Of a DNA stretch of 64,000 bases, positions 35,715 to 48,700 are shown in pieces; position 1 is the first letter of the stretch, and every line of letters begins with the position of its first letter. Below the pieces are notes generated by a model. The model did no database searches. It saw nothing but the letters and a program-made list of their open reading frames with translations, and was not told the DNA's origin. This stretch comes from Klebsormidium nitens (Eukaryota > Plantae > Klebsormidiophyceae), in NCBI GenBank assembly GCA_000708835.1, contig DF237035.1:7899-71898 (forward strand), in the 5' to 3' direction. A program made the position numbers and the translations under genes.

Positions 35715-38700
35715 CTACGCCTCCTCAATACCCCCCTCGATTGGCGGCGGGATTAAATGCCGCCGCTTCTCTTTCGGTTTCCGTCTCCACGCGAAAGGCC
35801 TCCCCAGCAGACCCCGCAACCCATGCCGCGCTTTTGGAGGGGGATCCCCCGACGGTTCACCTAGTTCCGCCAAGACTTCGTCCGCGAGGGGCTTCCAGGC
35901 CTCGGCGACCGACCAGTCAATGCCCATGCCCATAGTGAGGCCGCGCAGGAGCTGCACCGTGCGGAGAACGAAGAAGAGGTCCTTCGGAAACTCCTGCAGA
36001 ACGGAAGGAGTTGCTTGAGGACATGGTGGTGGACATGGCGAGATGCAAAGGTGACCTGAGAGCTGAGAGACAAACGCCAGTTGCTTGACCTCACAAGCAG
36101 GCGTGGCTATTGCGCATAGACCGCAATCTCAGAGATGGGGTCAAAAGTTGAAGGGAAGAGAGATGAACACCAGAAAAGACAGTTGAGTAGATGAGGACGA
36201 AGTGTGGCATTGGATTGAGATGAACGTCCCGTCTTGAGAGCTGAGAGACGGACCGAGGTAGAGCGGTCAATCTGAAGTTGCGGAGCTGATCTCGACAAAG
36301 CCACTCTCACACGTTTGCCATGCAAAAGTGAACGAAGGCACAAAGCCCTCTCGTACATCTGAAACCTCACCGTGACAGGGTTCTTCTGGATCTCCGACTC
36401 GTCCGTGAACGGGTTCAGCGACTCGCGGTCCTTCGGCATCCGCGTGTCGAACATCAGGCCCGCCATGTTACTGAACGAGTGCACGTCCGGCGGCTTCTCC
36501 GTCCGGATCCCGAGCGCCCGGAAAGCGTCCGTAATCGCCAGCTCGTCCCGTTCGTTGAGCGCGAGCACCAGGCGCGCGTACTGCAGGCGGAGGCGCTCGG
36601 GCAGGCGCTTCGTCTGACCGTAGTCAAGCAAACCCACCTGAGAGCAGAAAATCACATTTCAGCCGTTGAACATTAGCCCACGTGGAGACTTTCGATTCTT
36701 GGATCAACTCTGCAAGATTCGAGCTTGGATGTGACAGGTGTTGGGGACTGCTTGAGGCCTCTGTTGGCATCCTAATCGACGCGCATCGTCAGATCGTAGT
36801 CGAGTTGGCCTATTTGGGGGAGCCAAAGTCCAGAACTTGACACTGGATCGTGCAGAACTCAGGGTCCGGAGTCACGGTTCTTTGATTGGCGTTCAGGTGA
36901 GGGGCACCGAAGCTCTTAAAAGCCCAGCAACAAGGCAATCACCTTAAAATTGACACCTAACGCGGGGCCACAATAAACAAAGCGATTCGGAAAGCCCGGC
37001 CATAGTAGGATATGCCACGGAAGCGTCAAGGCCAACTGATAAGTTGTCTTGAAAGAGCAAGGTTGGGCCTCGGGATAACAAGGCCGGCAAATTTTCTAGG
37101 TAAGTTTCACACGTACCTTCCCGCCTTTGCAGACAATGATGTTCCCCGGATGGCTGCAAGGACAGATGCTGACGTCAGCTTATGAATGACGTTTTTGGAG
37201 AAAACCACGTCGACCGCAGAGAGCGGCCAACAGAAGGAAGGGCTCACGTGCAGAGGCAGGCCCTCGCCAGTTCCGGAGCTCTCTCCTGAGCTTCTATATC
37301 GCTATTAGAAGTTAGTGATACGGAGCCTGAGCGCCACCTTATTGCGCAGTTCTTCCTGGAGCTGACGTCAGGTCTTTCCCTCATTAGCAAAAGCATCGCA
37401 AGCAATGCGCTACGCATCAACGCTTGATTGGCAACTCGCTGACTCATGAGCAACGAAACATGTCCTAGTATATGCTATTTTGCCCATAGCTTATGAACTC
37501 GTCGGAGAGCTTACGGGTCTGCTTGGAAGAAGCCGTCTCGGAGTATCATGTGCCCGTATGCAGCCGTCAAGTCTTCAAGTATCCGCCTTTTGGCCCGTCG
37601 AGCGACTAGTCCGTCCGGGTTAATACGCCGCTTCTTCATCTCGTCTTGGAGGCGGGTAATCTGGACACCGTCCAAGAAGTCCATCACCAAGACCTGCCTG
37701 TGAACGATGGATTGGTGTCAAGTTTATGGCAGTCCAAGGGTGAAGGGCTGCAGAAGGAGCAACTTGCGTCTCTCAACGCCGAGGCGACAACGTGAAGAAG
37801 AACAATAAGCATGCAGCAATACGCTCGAAAGTATTTCTCCAGTTGACGAGAGTGCTACGATGAAGCCCGCACTTGCAAGGCCGAACGCGGACAACAAGGA
37901 CAACTTGACTCGCCTTCGTCTGGGACATTTTCCAATGAAGATAGATAGAGAGGCTGGTCGTTCACACTTCCCATCACATTCATCGCCAGTCACCGTAACT
38001 CATGGAAACGGCAACACTTGCTCCATCCAAGGACTGTTCGTGACCATCGATTTGGTCGGACGTCTTTTCTTTTCATCTCCAGAACGACATTGTGACAGGC
38101 GATTAAATCCTTCTGTGCATGCAGATTCCCTTCCACACCGAACCCGCGTTGTCCAGCAGATAGTGACAACACGTACCTCGTGACGAGCCCAGGGATGGAT
38201 CTCGGCACCAAAACAGGTGACTCCCACTTCTTTCCCCCGCTCTTGGGCCCCACTGCGAGCGACCGCCCGATGACGTCCATCGACTCCGCTTCGTGCTGGA
38301 AGTCGAACTCGTACTGGACCTGCGGTGCACAGGAGATGCAATTTGTGTCAATAACCACCACACATCATCGTCGAACTCGCAATGGAATCCCGAAGTATTG
38401 GACTCCGGTGTGGAAGTTGCAACAGCGTGCATTTCTGAGATGGAAAACGGCGAGGCAATTGAATAGATTGCTGCGCAAGGACGAAGATCCTGACATTCCG
38501 CTCTGCCAATCGTTAAACACGCACAGGCAAACTTGCACATGGGTGCGAAATCGTTGTGTCCGGAAATCGTTGTGTCCGGAAGAACAGACTGTCTTACCGG
38601 ATCTTTAACAAGCAGAACATCAATGAGGAAAAGCAGAAACTCGATGCATTTTACGCCACTAAGCGCTTCTGCTTCGACTCAGGACGCGAGATACAATCAT

Positions 38701-41009
38701 TCCAGTGTGTGTCCATGCCAGGGTGTATTTACACTGTTGCATCGCCTACTTCAACCAAATGCTCAGGCTCAGCCAAGTCGCATTCACACTCGCTCCGAGC
38801 CTTTTCTCACCTGGTGCTCCAGCTCGGCCAGCACGGACAGCAGGTCGAACGGCAGCTCGAACTTCTGGAGGAACGCCGCAAAGTTGCGGTGATTGCGTAG
38901 GTCTTGCATCATGAGCGCCTCCGACCCTGGATGCTGCACCTTGACCGCCACCTCGCGCCGACCTTCCCGCAGCCGGCCCTTATGTACCTGCGGGTAAATA
39001 AGACCAGGGTGTGAAGAAGAGTTGAAAGAGTTCGATATGTAGTCAGTCAATTACTGATGAGCTGAGAATTTGTCAGAAGTGTTGCGAAAAAGGTTTCGGG
39101 GTTCTGGTTATGTGCGTTGAGGTGACTAAGGGTGCTGCCATTCACTCCCAGCCGGTGCTCCTTTGAGTAGCCCGGCTATGGAGATTTACAAGTAAGGAGT
39201 TTTAGGATCTGCGAGGGCATACGAGTCTTGCATACACAACCCAGACATTACAGCATCTCAGAGGGCTCGAAGCAAGACGGGAGACGAGTAGCGATGAACT
39301 CATGTATTGAGGACGGGTAACAGTTTTGAATAGTTGTGGTTGTGTCCATGCTTTTGTTTACGTCGAGCAAGACAGAGAAAAGAAGAGGTTACAAAACAGG
39401 AGAAGAAGAGGTTATACAACCAGACAGCCAATGCTTAAAAGGTCGTGAAAATCCGAAGCTTACCTACCAGGAGAAGAGAAAGAAGACGAGGAGCTGTTCT
39501 ATGAGAATCGTCGATCAGGTTCAGACCGTCAGCTAGAAGCATCAACAAGCTCTCCCATTACAGCCATGAGGTTGACAACCACTGGATAGAGCAGGCATGG
39601 TTGTCCTTTCCAGAAGCAAGCTTTTGAAACAGCACAGAAAGCTTCCCAAACACTCCAGAAATATCGCCAATACAACCATCAAGACATGCTACTTACAAGA
39701 TCACACACCAACAAGCATACGATAAACCTCACTTACCTGCGCAACCGAGGCAGAACCGATGGGCCGCTCTTGCAGCTCCTCAAAAACCTCGTCCACCGGC
39801 CTCCCTAGCTCCGCCTCCAGTGTTTTCTTCACATCTTCAAACGGAGTTTGTGGCGCAGCGTCCTGAAGCACGGCTAGGCGCTTCACCCAGGCGGGGGGGA
39901 CAAGGTCAGGCTTGGCTAAGAACTGGCCCGACTTGAGAAAGAACCCCCCCAGATCGACGCAGAGGTTGTATAAGCGGTCGGCGGCGACCTCGTGTTGACG
40001 GTCCCAGAGCGCTTGCTTTTCCTCGGGGTCGCTAATGAGGGCGGCGCGGGCTTGGCAGACCTGAGAAGATACGAAATTGGAAGGTTGGTAAAGAGATGAC
40101 AACAGTCAGGAATCAGGAAGGGTTCAGGAATAGATCAGATGAAGTTTCAAGATATGGTGTATCTTAAGATAAGTCTTTGAAGGTGGTGGCTTCAAAGCCT
40201 GATTCTAAGGAGAGCACGAAGAGGGGGACCACATCACAGGGGGAAAGAAGATGGTGAAAGTCTCATCAAAGTAACAACTTATATGGGGGTGCAAATCTGT
40301 GGGCACGTCAAGTTGTGTGTCAACAAGAAGGAGGCAAGTATAACTCGTATAAGGGCGCATCGCTGAAACATGTCATGGATTCAAAGGAGCTTGTCGGTGA
40401 AGAGTAGAAATAAGGAGACAAGTTAGAAGCTCTTAAGAGCGTTCCTTGTGACAGTGCAAGATCTACATGGACAGGGTCTTGACACTCAATCAAACGAGAG
40501 TAAGCCATCAAATGAAGGCAGACACATACCTTGTAGCTACCATACACAACCACCGACCGCTGCCAGAACTCTAGCGTCCGGCTCAGGCGCGCAGTCTGGT
40601 TCTTACGCACCAGGAACCCTGGCTCCGGTTTCTTTTGCTCTTCCCTCCGTATCCTGGGAACGCGTGCGAGCGCATCTCTTCCGGCATGCTGAAAGCTCCA
40701 GAGACATCCCTGGATCCATCGCACCGCCTCGTTGGCAGGCCCAGCATTGCGCTGTTCGATAGAAAGAGAAGCAAATGGGGAAGGTCTGTAATCAGGCGTC
40801 AAGTCTGCAATGCTGGAGTCTGAGTCTGGAGCCAGGAAGTTATGTTGATGGCCCCGTTTTCGCTTGACCTTTGAGATCTCGAACTGAGCGTGCTCCAGTG
40901 CTGCCGCCACTGCATGCTGGGAGCCAACAAGGGCTGCCTCCAGTGACGCCTGACAGTCTCTGACGGCCTCCGCAAGCTGACACCATGCATGCACAGCTGG
41001 CTCGTGCAT
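35715..41009 (-). CDS. ABC1/UbiB-family atypical protein kinase (ABC1K), 8 exons, about 629 aa
   Basis: Exons 40530-41009, 39737-40060, 38811-38987, 38177-38319, 37515-37697, 37117-37153, 36371-36637, 35715-35993 (1890 nt). Motifs LGGFFLKSGQ, PIGSASVAQV, VAVKVQHP, EFDF..EA, QADPHPGN, LLDYG. Start codon is tentative. Confidence 0.92.
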
Positions 41010-41709
41010 AGCTGCCACCCGGGCTTCGGAGTCAGACAGGCGGGAACTGGTGGCTCAGGACGTCATACAAGAAGGGGAGTTGCAACCTGGTTAGAAAGCT
41101 CTTGATTAGCGTCCTGGTGGCCCTCTGGTGGCCCTCTGTGCATATGCCTTTCGCAACCTCCAGCTTGCCGACTGCACAATGCTGTACGTAGGACTAGGAC
41201 AACCTACAGCGTGCAGCCTGAGCTGGCCTTGAAACATCAGGAAGGCAGGTTGCTGAGTCTTGAGTACCTACTGTATAGCGACAACTGTCTGAGGTTAAGG
41301 CAAGGGTTAACGCGTGAGGTTTGGTATTTGATGAACTCGATCGTGGGTTCTGCCACATGGGTTCGAATCAACGTGGGTCTAGAAAAACCACGTGGGTTAG
41401 CGGTTCTGACCAACTGCTAAACCTTGCGAGTTGCAGGGGGTGGAAGACAACAGGCTGAACTGCATTGGTTTTGCATTTGGCAGAAACTTTCTGAGACTCA
41501 GACAGACGAAGCAGGGTGGAAAGGAGGCGAGCGGGGAAAGGCTGCAAGCGAGCTGCGAGCCTCCAGGATTTGGCAGGGAAAAAGGAAAGACAAATTTGTT
41601 AGTGTGTTGAGCACAAGAACCAGGCCAGAGGCGTTTCTTAGTAAAACAGCGGAAGCCGGAGGGTGGGGTTGGGGTTTGTTGCTTTCCTGCGAGAGTGGGG
41701 CGGGCAAGC

Positions 41710-43799
41710 ATGGCGTCTGCATTGCGGAGCAGCTTTGCACAGCTCTCGCTGAACTCTTCAGCCTTCCATGGAAGCAGCATTAAGCAGACCTCGATCGCAC
41801 AGGTGAGGCGCTTACTTCTGCGGCCAGTTGATGCATTTCTAGGGTTTGATGATTGTGGGAGCCTTTTATGAACAAATAGCAGCTGTCTGAGCCCATCACA
41901 TGAAGCATTACGTCCTGATGAAAGGTGAAGCAGGAGAATATACCTGATAGCAGCATCTGGTCACAAAGGATTTCTGCTGTGTGCACTGGGCTGGTCATTG
42001 GGTTTGGAGGAGCAGCCCAAATTGGTTCAAAGAGCATCATTACCACCGAGGCTCCTGTCGCACTGCCGATCGAAGGTTGTGCTCACTGACGAGCTCGTTT
42101 CTGGGCATTATCTGCATTGCTTTTTGGTAATGGTTTCTCAGCTGATATTGTGGATGTCACCGGAGGGCTTGACCGAATCTGGTTGCAGAGCAAAGCTGAT
42201 GGAGGATGTGAAGGAGCAATGTTCTTCAATGTTTATTGGACTTTCTCTGAAAAGCAGGGTAAAGCCACTTTTTTGCTTTTGGAGATGCACGGTGGGTCAG
42301 TGCATAGAGGAACGACTTTGTTGAGAAAGCCTAGAAAGCTTCATTCTCTCTCTTAAACCCGTCTTATACTTAGTATACGGTCACATGGTCCTTCTGTAAG
42401 ACTGGGCATCGCAGCAGTTTGAGAGCTGGTTACGTACATTGTTTGTGGCCCTCCATGTGCAATTTGTTGCAAGGCCCGTCTCTTTTTCTCCAGAAGTACC
42501 TGTCAGGAGTCACGTTCAGGGTTCGCGCTTTTGCTTCGGTCAGTCACATTTTCTCTTCAACGTCTGGCTGCACCATTGGGAAAGCAGCAGGTCGATGGTA
42601 TACAGTCAGGTTGTCAGAAGTCTGTCCCATATTCTCACCCCCAGACATCCTTCGTTTTTGCAGCCTAGCGTGTCCTACAGCCCACTCACTGTCACCAATG
42701 TGGTACGTATCCCTCTACCTGCGTGATTGCGAGAACGGCTTGCTCAGGGATCATCTTTCTGCTCAAAGACCGAATCAGTTGCCGGGGGCCGCTCATTGAC
42801 CAGTGGTGGAGTAATTTTGGTCAAGTTCACCATTGGTCTAGAGACGACAAAGTGTGATTGAACTAGATTGCGCTTTTGAGTTCCGGTCCCGCAAGAACTA
42901 ACGTTGTTCTGTTGGCTGACTTCTCAAGCACAACTTTTCTGAGACTACAAGCCTTCACATCAGACCTGTGTCTTTCAGAAAGGAACTTTCTTTTCGAAGC
43001 CCATATCAGGTCATCTGACGCACTCTTTCACCGCAAGGTCCTATCCATGAAAAGTAGACCAGTGGATTGAATAAGAAGACAGCAGGTTTTTGGATATACC
43101 GAAGCGTTGTAGCTCAATGTATCTGAATGCTTGCCTGCCCCTTCACATCAGGTACGTTATTGCGACGAGGAAGTGTTCTTGTTGTCATCCAGCTAAAGTT
43201 TTGCGGAATCTGAATATGCTCATCAGCTTGATTGCCTTGTGATTTTTGACCACCCATGATCACCTCCCAACTTGTCCGTGTTCTGTCCCCTGCCCTCACC
43301 ACAGATACGAACAATGACAGGATCAATCCCAATGTTGCAACCAAGTTGTAAGATTTCTGTCCAAGCTAACCTAGGTACTGTTATCGGATTCCTCTAGGCA
43401 AAGTCCTGGGAGAAGAAGAAGCTGAACAAGAATGGAAACCCCATCACACACAAGGTGCACGTCAAGGTCGGTGACACCGTGCAAGTGATTGCTGGAAGCG
43501 ACAAGGGGAAGGTCACCGAGATCACTCGGATCACTCGGTTCAATAGCATGGTCTTCTGTAAGGATGTAAACATCAAGACGAAGCACCAAAAGCCACGGGC
43601 CGAGGGGGAGACCGGTCAGATTATCACCTTCGAAGCCCCCATTCATAGTTCAAATGTTGCGTTGTACTCTAAAACGGCTAGCACTAGGAGCCGAGTAGGG
43701 CATAAGGTCTTGGACGACGGGAGGAAAGTGCGGTATCTGATCAAGACGGGCGAAGTTATTGACCAGCCGTACCAGAAGCCAGTCAAGGAAGAGGCCTAA
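41710..43799 (+). CDS. RPL24: Plastid 50S ribosomal protein L24 (uL24c)
   Basis: Exon 41710-41802 encodes a transit peptide (MASALRSSFAQLSLNSSAFHG). Exon 43398-43799 encodes HVKVGDTVQVIAGSDKGK...EAPIHSSNV...RVGHKVL. A middle exon at 42494-42538 is only tentative. Confidence 0.93.
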
Positions 43800-45000
43800 C
43801 ATTCGAATATTCTCCTAATATTGACTGGCACCATAGGGATGACGAGCACGAAGCAAAATCGTTTTCTGCTTCTTGCATCTGAAAAAGGCTCAGTGAGTTC
43901 GGTAAGTTCAATTTCCGCCTTCCAATCAGTTGTAAATCCCTACCCAAGCTTATGAGTCGGGATGCATGCCGGGTGCACTTGACAGTTCACTGCAATCGAC
44001 ACCTCACAACTTTTTGTCATTGTGCAATGCGGCTTCCGTATCCATGAAATATTGCCATGTCAATGCAATCAGTGTTGGAGCCACATGCTTCACTTTGCAT
44101 GTGAGTCGGGTTGATCGCCATAGATTGAGCAAAACTCATTTATAAGCATCACGATACTCATAAGCTCGTGCTATTTGAACATGAACCGTCTGACTCCAAG
44201 TACATTAAGTTCCAGCTTGCCGTGGCATGGCCATTGCTGTACACCACGAGTCTGAGTTGGTGATACTCTGGCAGGTGGCAGCATCGTAAGCAATATGTAG
44301 TGTTGCAAATTATAATCAGATGTTGAGGTCCGACATACGGTACATGCAATGTTCCATGAACAGACTGTCAGCTTCAAGCTTCACATAGCAAAAAAGAAAC
44401 TTGGCTTCTAGCAGTACATTGTGACCCAGCAACGACCTGCCTCGGGGCTTAAACCTGGTTTGCAGGATACTAAAAGACGCTATCATTGTCCAAGTTGCTG
44501 TGGCAATGAAATATGATAGTAGTGGTTCCCAGGGCCCGTGCATCATAGATTCTGGCATGGATCTACGAGGTGGCGAGGCTTCTGATCCAGCGACTGAATG
44601 AAGCTTTCAGACAGCGCATTGGAAACTGAAGCTCATGAAGTCTGCCATACATCATCACATGTTAGACTCTTGAACAGTTTGTGGATTGGAGATGGTCTCC
44701 CATCGCACGGCCTTGGGGAGATTGGAGAGAGGCTTACAACGACACCAGACAATGCGTCCTTCAACTTTATCTGTAGCCGCTTGATAAGGTCAAAATTGAC
44801 GGTCTCCATTCTGGCAGTGGCTAAGCAGGTTTTAACAACCAAAAGGGTCCTGTACGCCTTAACCAAAGGCAGCCATCCTGCCACTTTGAAATTGCAGCCA
44901 CAATCTGTACCTAGGATCTTTCATTCTTGACAACACAAACAGACAATCCTAACATTGTCGTCCAGCGCACCTTGCAAAGGTTTTCACTTATCGCCACATC

Positions 45001-45267
45001 TCACCGGTTCCCCCAGCTCCCGGCTTTAATCGCCTCAATGTACCGCAGCCTCAAATCCCTGCAGTTTTGCAGGTGGTTCACGCCCTCCTTCTGGTAGCAT
45101 TTTTTCAGCTTCCGCCGGAGCTCCTTTGCCGCCTCAACCTCCACAAACTTTTCCCTGACCTGGTAGTCACGCTGCTCATAGAAAGCGACGGGGTCTTTCC
45201 GAGGGTGCTCTGGATCAAAGTCATCCGGTGGAGTCTGGTCAAACGGTGCCTTCCTGCTGAACCCCAT
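45001..45267 (-). CDS. NDUFB10: Mitochondrial complex I subunit NDUFB10 (PDSW), 88 aa, single coding exon
   Basis: DFDPEHPRKDPVAF..R...VREKFVEVEAAKELR.KLKKCYQKEGVNHLQNCR matches the plant B10 subunit pattern with its Cys pair. Confidence 0.93.
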   Translation of the reverse strand: MGFSRKAPFDQTPPDDFDPEHPRKDPVAFYEQRDYQVREKFVEVEAAKELRRKLKKCYQKEGVNHLQNCRDLRLRYIEAIKAGSWGNR

Positions 45268-45734
45268 CCTGATAGACCTCAGCCGCTTGTTTGTGGACGG
45301 GCCGGTGTTACACAGAGCTCACTCTGAATCTGAACCGCTCCTGCACTACAAAATCGTACTCGGACCAGCTTTCTGTTCGTCACGAGCACACCTGCAGACG
45401 TGACCCTGAGATGCTATAAAAGGCACTAAATCAGCAACCAGAATCAAGCCCCTCCTCCGGACCCTTGCCCTGTACCTTGGCTGGTACAATGGCGCTCCTT
45501 CGCAGATCAGTTCTTTCAACTTCTGAAGCGCTTTCGTGCTCCTACGCCTGAGATTTGCAGGCTGTACTGAAGTCTGATTTCAGGCTGACATTGACAACCA
45601 AAGTTTCTCTAATTAACTCGGACTAGTTAGCGATGACGGTCCAATCCAAGCTTGCCACCTGGCTTACAGTGACACTCGAAGACGAAGGCAATGCTGATGC
45701 TCATTGGCCTTGCCAACTTCAAGTCTTCATTCTC

Positions 45735-48700
45735 ATGGCCGCTCGTTCTGCTATTGCGCCCCGATTCAACACACCTATCAAAGTCATGGCTTCAGCTGCT
45801 GAGCCCGCCTCGTCAACGAACACAAAAGGAGCAGAAAGAAAGGGGCGATTGTTAGTCTATGGAGCTACAGGTACGCTCCAAACGAACTGTGCTTTCAGGA
45901 CGCGCTGACGCTGGTTTTTACATTTTGGTTGTGGGATCATGTGGTCACTTCATCATCACGTGCTGCAGTGTACTGCATGTGAAGCTTTGAGCTGAACTTG
46001 ACCTAGGGCAGAGATCAATGCTGGTTGTGGGGCTGCCAGGCACAGAGAATGCTGATCAGGACAACCGACAGAGAAAACCTGCATAAAAGCTTCTTGTTAC
46101 TGCTCCTGTGCACTTTCAAAACTCCATTTACTGACATGCAGGGCATACTGGGAAGCTGGTGGCACGGAAAGTGAAGGAGGTGGGCTTAAACGCAACCTTG
46201 GCAGGGCGGAATGAAGAAAAGCTCAGGTGGGCTTCTAGTTTGAGCTGGGCTACCTATGTTGCAGTACGCCAATGAAAGTGCATATGTCGTTGAGATAGGG
46301 CGCGTAAGAAGTCTCCAAACTGACCACTGCATGGGTTGCTCAATCAGCAAGCTGACTGCTTCAATCTCCGTGCTACAAAGAGTTGTCTTGGAATGCGCCA
46401 CCACTCATACATCAAAGGATCTGCCTCAATAAACAATTTGTTTCTGTAATCTGCACCACTACTTTCCCTTCAGAAGATTTGCTTCAGTGCTCCAATGGTT
46501 CAAACTTTGCACCACCCCGTTGACATATAAAGTTGCATCTTACAAAATCAGCATTGGATTCTGCACCACCACTCTTTTTATCGGAAGATTAGCTACAGCT
46601 GACCTCCACTTCGGCTACTGGCTCAGTTGTTCCAAGCAAAGTGCTTTCATCAAGTTGTACCTCTAGTGATAGGACCTTTTGACGGTGACCAAGACTACTG
46701 CAAGGAAAGAAGGGTTGTGTCTATGCAAACCAGAGTCATGTAGCTCCGAGACGGCGAGGATGATCATCTGGAAGAAATCTGCCTCTTGACTTCCAGCAAT
46801 TGATCAATTTAGGCTAGAAAGATGCGTATGGGGGCATAGATTTGTCATGGGAGCTTCCTGTCTTGAACCTTTCCTTTCCCCAAAAGGCTCATTTCGATCA
46901 CTGGCAGGAGAAACCTTTGCAAAAAGCATGTCAAACCTGTTAACTGCTCACAACTCCCGATGCGCAGAGCCATTGCGGAGGAGGTTGGCCTGCCGTATGA
47001 GGCGTTTGACCTCACCAACGAAAAGGCGCTGTCAGCAGCAGTGGCCTCCCATGAAGCAGTCCTCCACATAGCAGGGCCGTTCACAGAGACAGGGCCTCCC
47101 GTCGTGGAGTCTTGCATCGAACACGGGGCACACTACATGGACATTACTGGGGAGACGCACTTCATGGGCTTTGTGCAGGTAACCCCGTTTGTTGGTTCCG
47201 TTTTTGGGTTTATCGCTCAAGTTGTAATTGTGGCACGCTGATGGACATGAGTTGTTGCGCATCATCCTTCCGTGTTTCCTGCAATATTGGCTTTCGACCA
47301 CAGCAGAAATTTGCAGACAATACACTACGCATCTTGGAACACTGAATGTCAAGAGATCTAGTCGAGCATTGTCTGGCGAGCTGACTTCTTACCAACATCA
47401 GAGTGCCTCAAGAGTCATGCAAAGATCTCCCCCTGGGTTCCCATCATTGCGCCTCTGCCTACAATATCTGCTCAACCCGCGAGATAGTCAGAGGTCGAGC
47501 CGGTCAAAGGTGACCAAATCCAGATGTACGCATCATTCGCGCTCTCCAAATGAACATGATCGTAATCGGCGACCTGGCCTTTCGCAGGGAAAGGATGCTG
47601 CTGCGAAAGCCAAGGGCGTCATGCTTCTGCCCGCCGTTGGCTTCGACGTGGTCCCCGGCGACTGTCTGGGCGCACACCTGAAGGAGAAGCTCCCGACGGC
47701 GACGCACCTCGACCTCGAGTCGTTCATCATGCGGAACGGCACGGGCGTCTTGGTATGTACACTGATTTGCGTGTATCCCTTCTCGGTTCTCAAGGCCCAT
47801 GTTGAAAGTGCGTCATCATCTGATGCCTGTCCTGGCTGGTTCTTCTGATCGCGGGGCGTTTGCCATCCTGGATCACTAGTAAATTATAGCTGACTCTGTC
47901 CGCTACACGTTTGACAGTCTGAGGTTCCTGATACAGTCTGCTTTTCATTCATCCTGTGACGCCCCCTTGTGCCTCTCTTCTCACCCTTCCCTTCGATTGA
48001 TTCGTCAGGCTTCCAAGGGGACTATGCTTTCGGGCGCCTTCCACATTTTGCCCTTTGGCGGGCTGGAACGGAAGGACGGCGCCTTCAAGAAAGCAGCCAT
48101 CGGTGCAAAGTGAGTGCAACCTTGGAAGCAACTCCCCTGGCTCGAGTCAACGCGTCGAAACTTAGATCATCATCGGTCCTACCCAACTACGGGTCCATTT
48201 TCTTGTTTTTTGGGTGATGAGTAGTCGATTCCACACCTGCCATGCTTTGAAGCTGTTTTTGTCAAGTGCGGCAAATCTACGACGCACAGATCAAATCGAA
48301 CGGTTCGATCCGATTATTTGAGAGTTAACGACCCGGAAAGGCACCTGTGGTTCGGGTTGGACCCAACTTGATGACGTGTCCCCGGGCAAAGTAATTTTTG
48401 CACAGGCTTTTTGAGAGCTTGCACAGGCCTTTCGAGCTCTCAGTTCAATGGTAGAGACTTACCGGACCTTTTTACTCTACGGGTGGGGTCACGTGTTGGG
48501 CACCTCTTTTTCGCTTGCGAAGATGTCGTTCTGCCGACTTGCAGACTTCTCCTCGCAATTTTAGGCAACTCTCTCGTTATCTCACACCCCATCAATGTGC
48601 CTTTGATGCAGGCACAGAAGCTTCGAGATTGGCGACGGTGGAAAGCCGGTGCCGGGGTTCTCGTTCCCGGCCGCAGAGCTTATCGCAACGGCCCACTCCA

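Noticed and set aside
38549-38582. 16-bp direct duplication AAATCGTTGTGTCCGG (similar ones at about 21963, 41115, 51518, 55005)
   Set aside because: Isolated two-copy slippage products away from junctions, with no evidence of function or of a flanked insertion.
44633-44884. 83-aa minus-strand ORF downstream of NDUFB10
   Set aside because: No motifs or splice support. Likely 3' UTR or intergenic.
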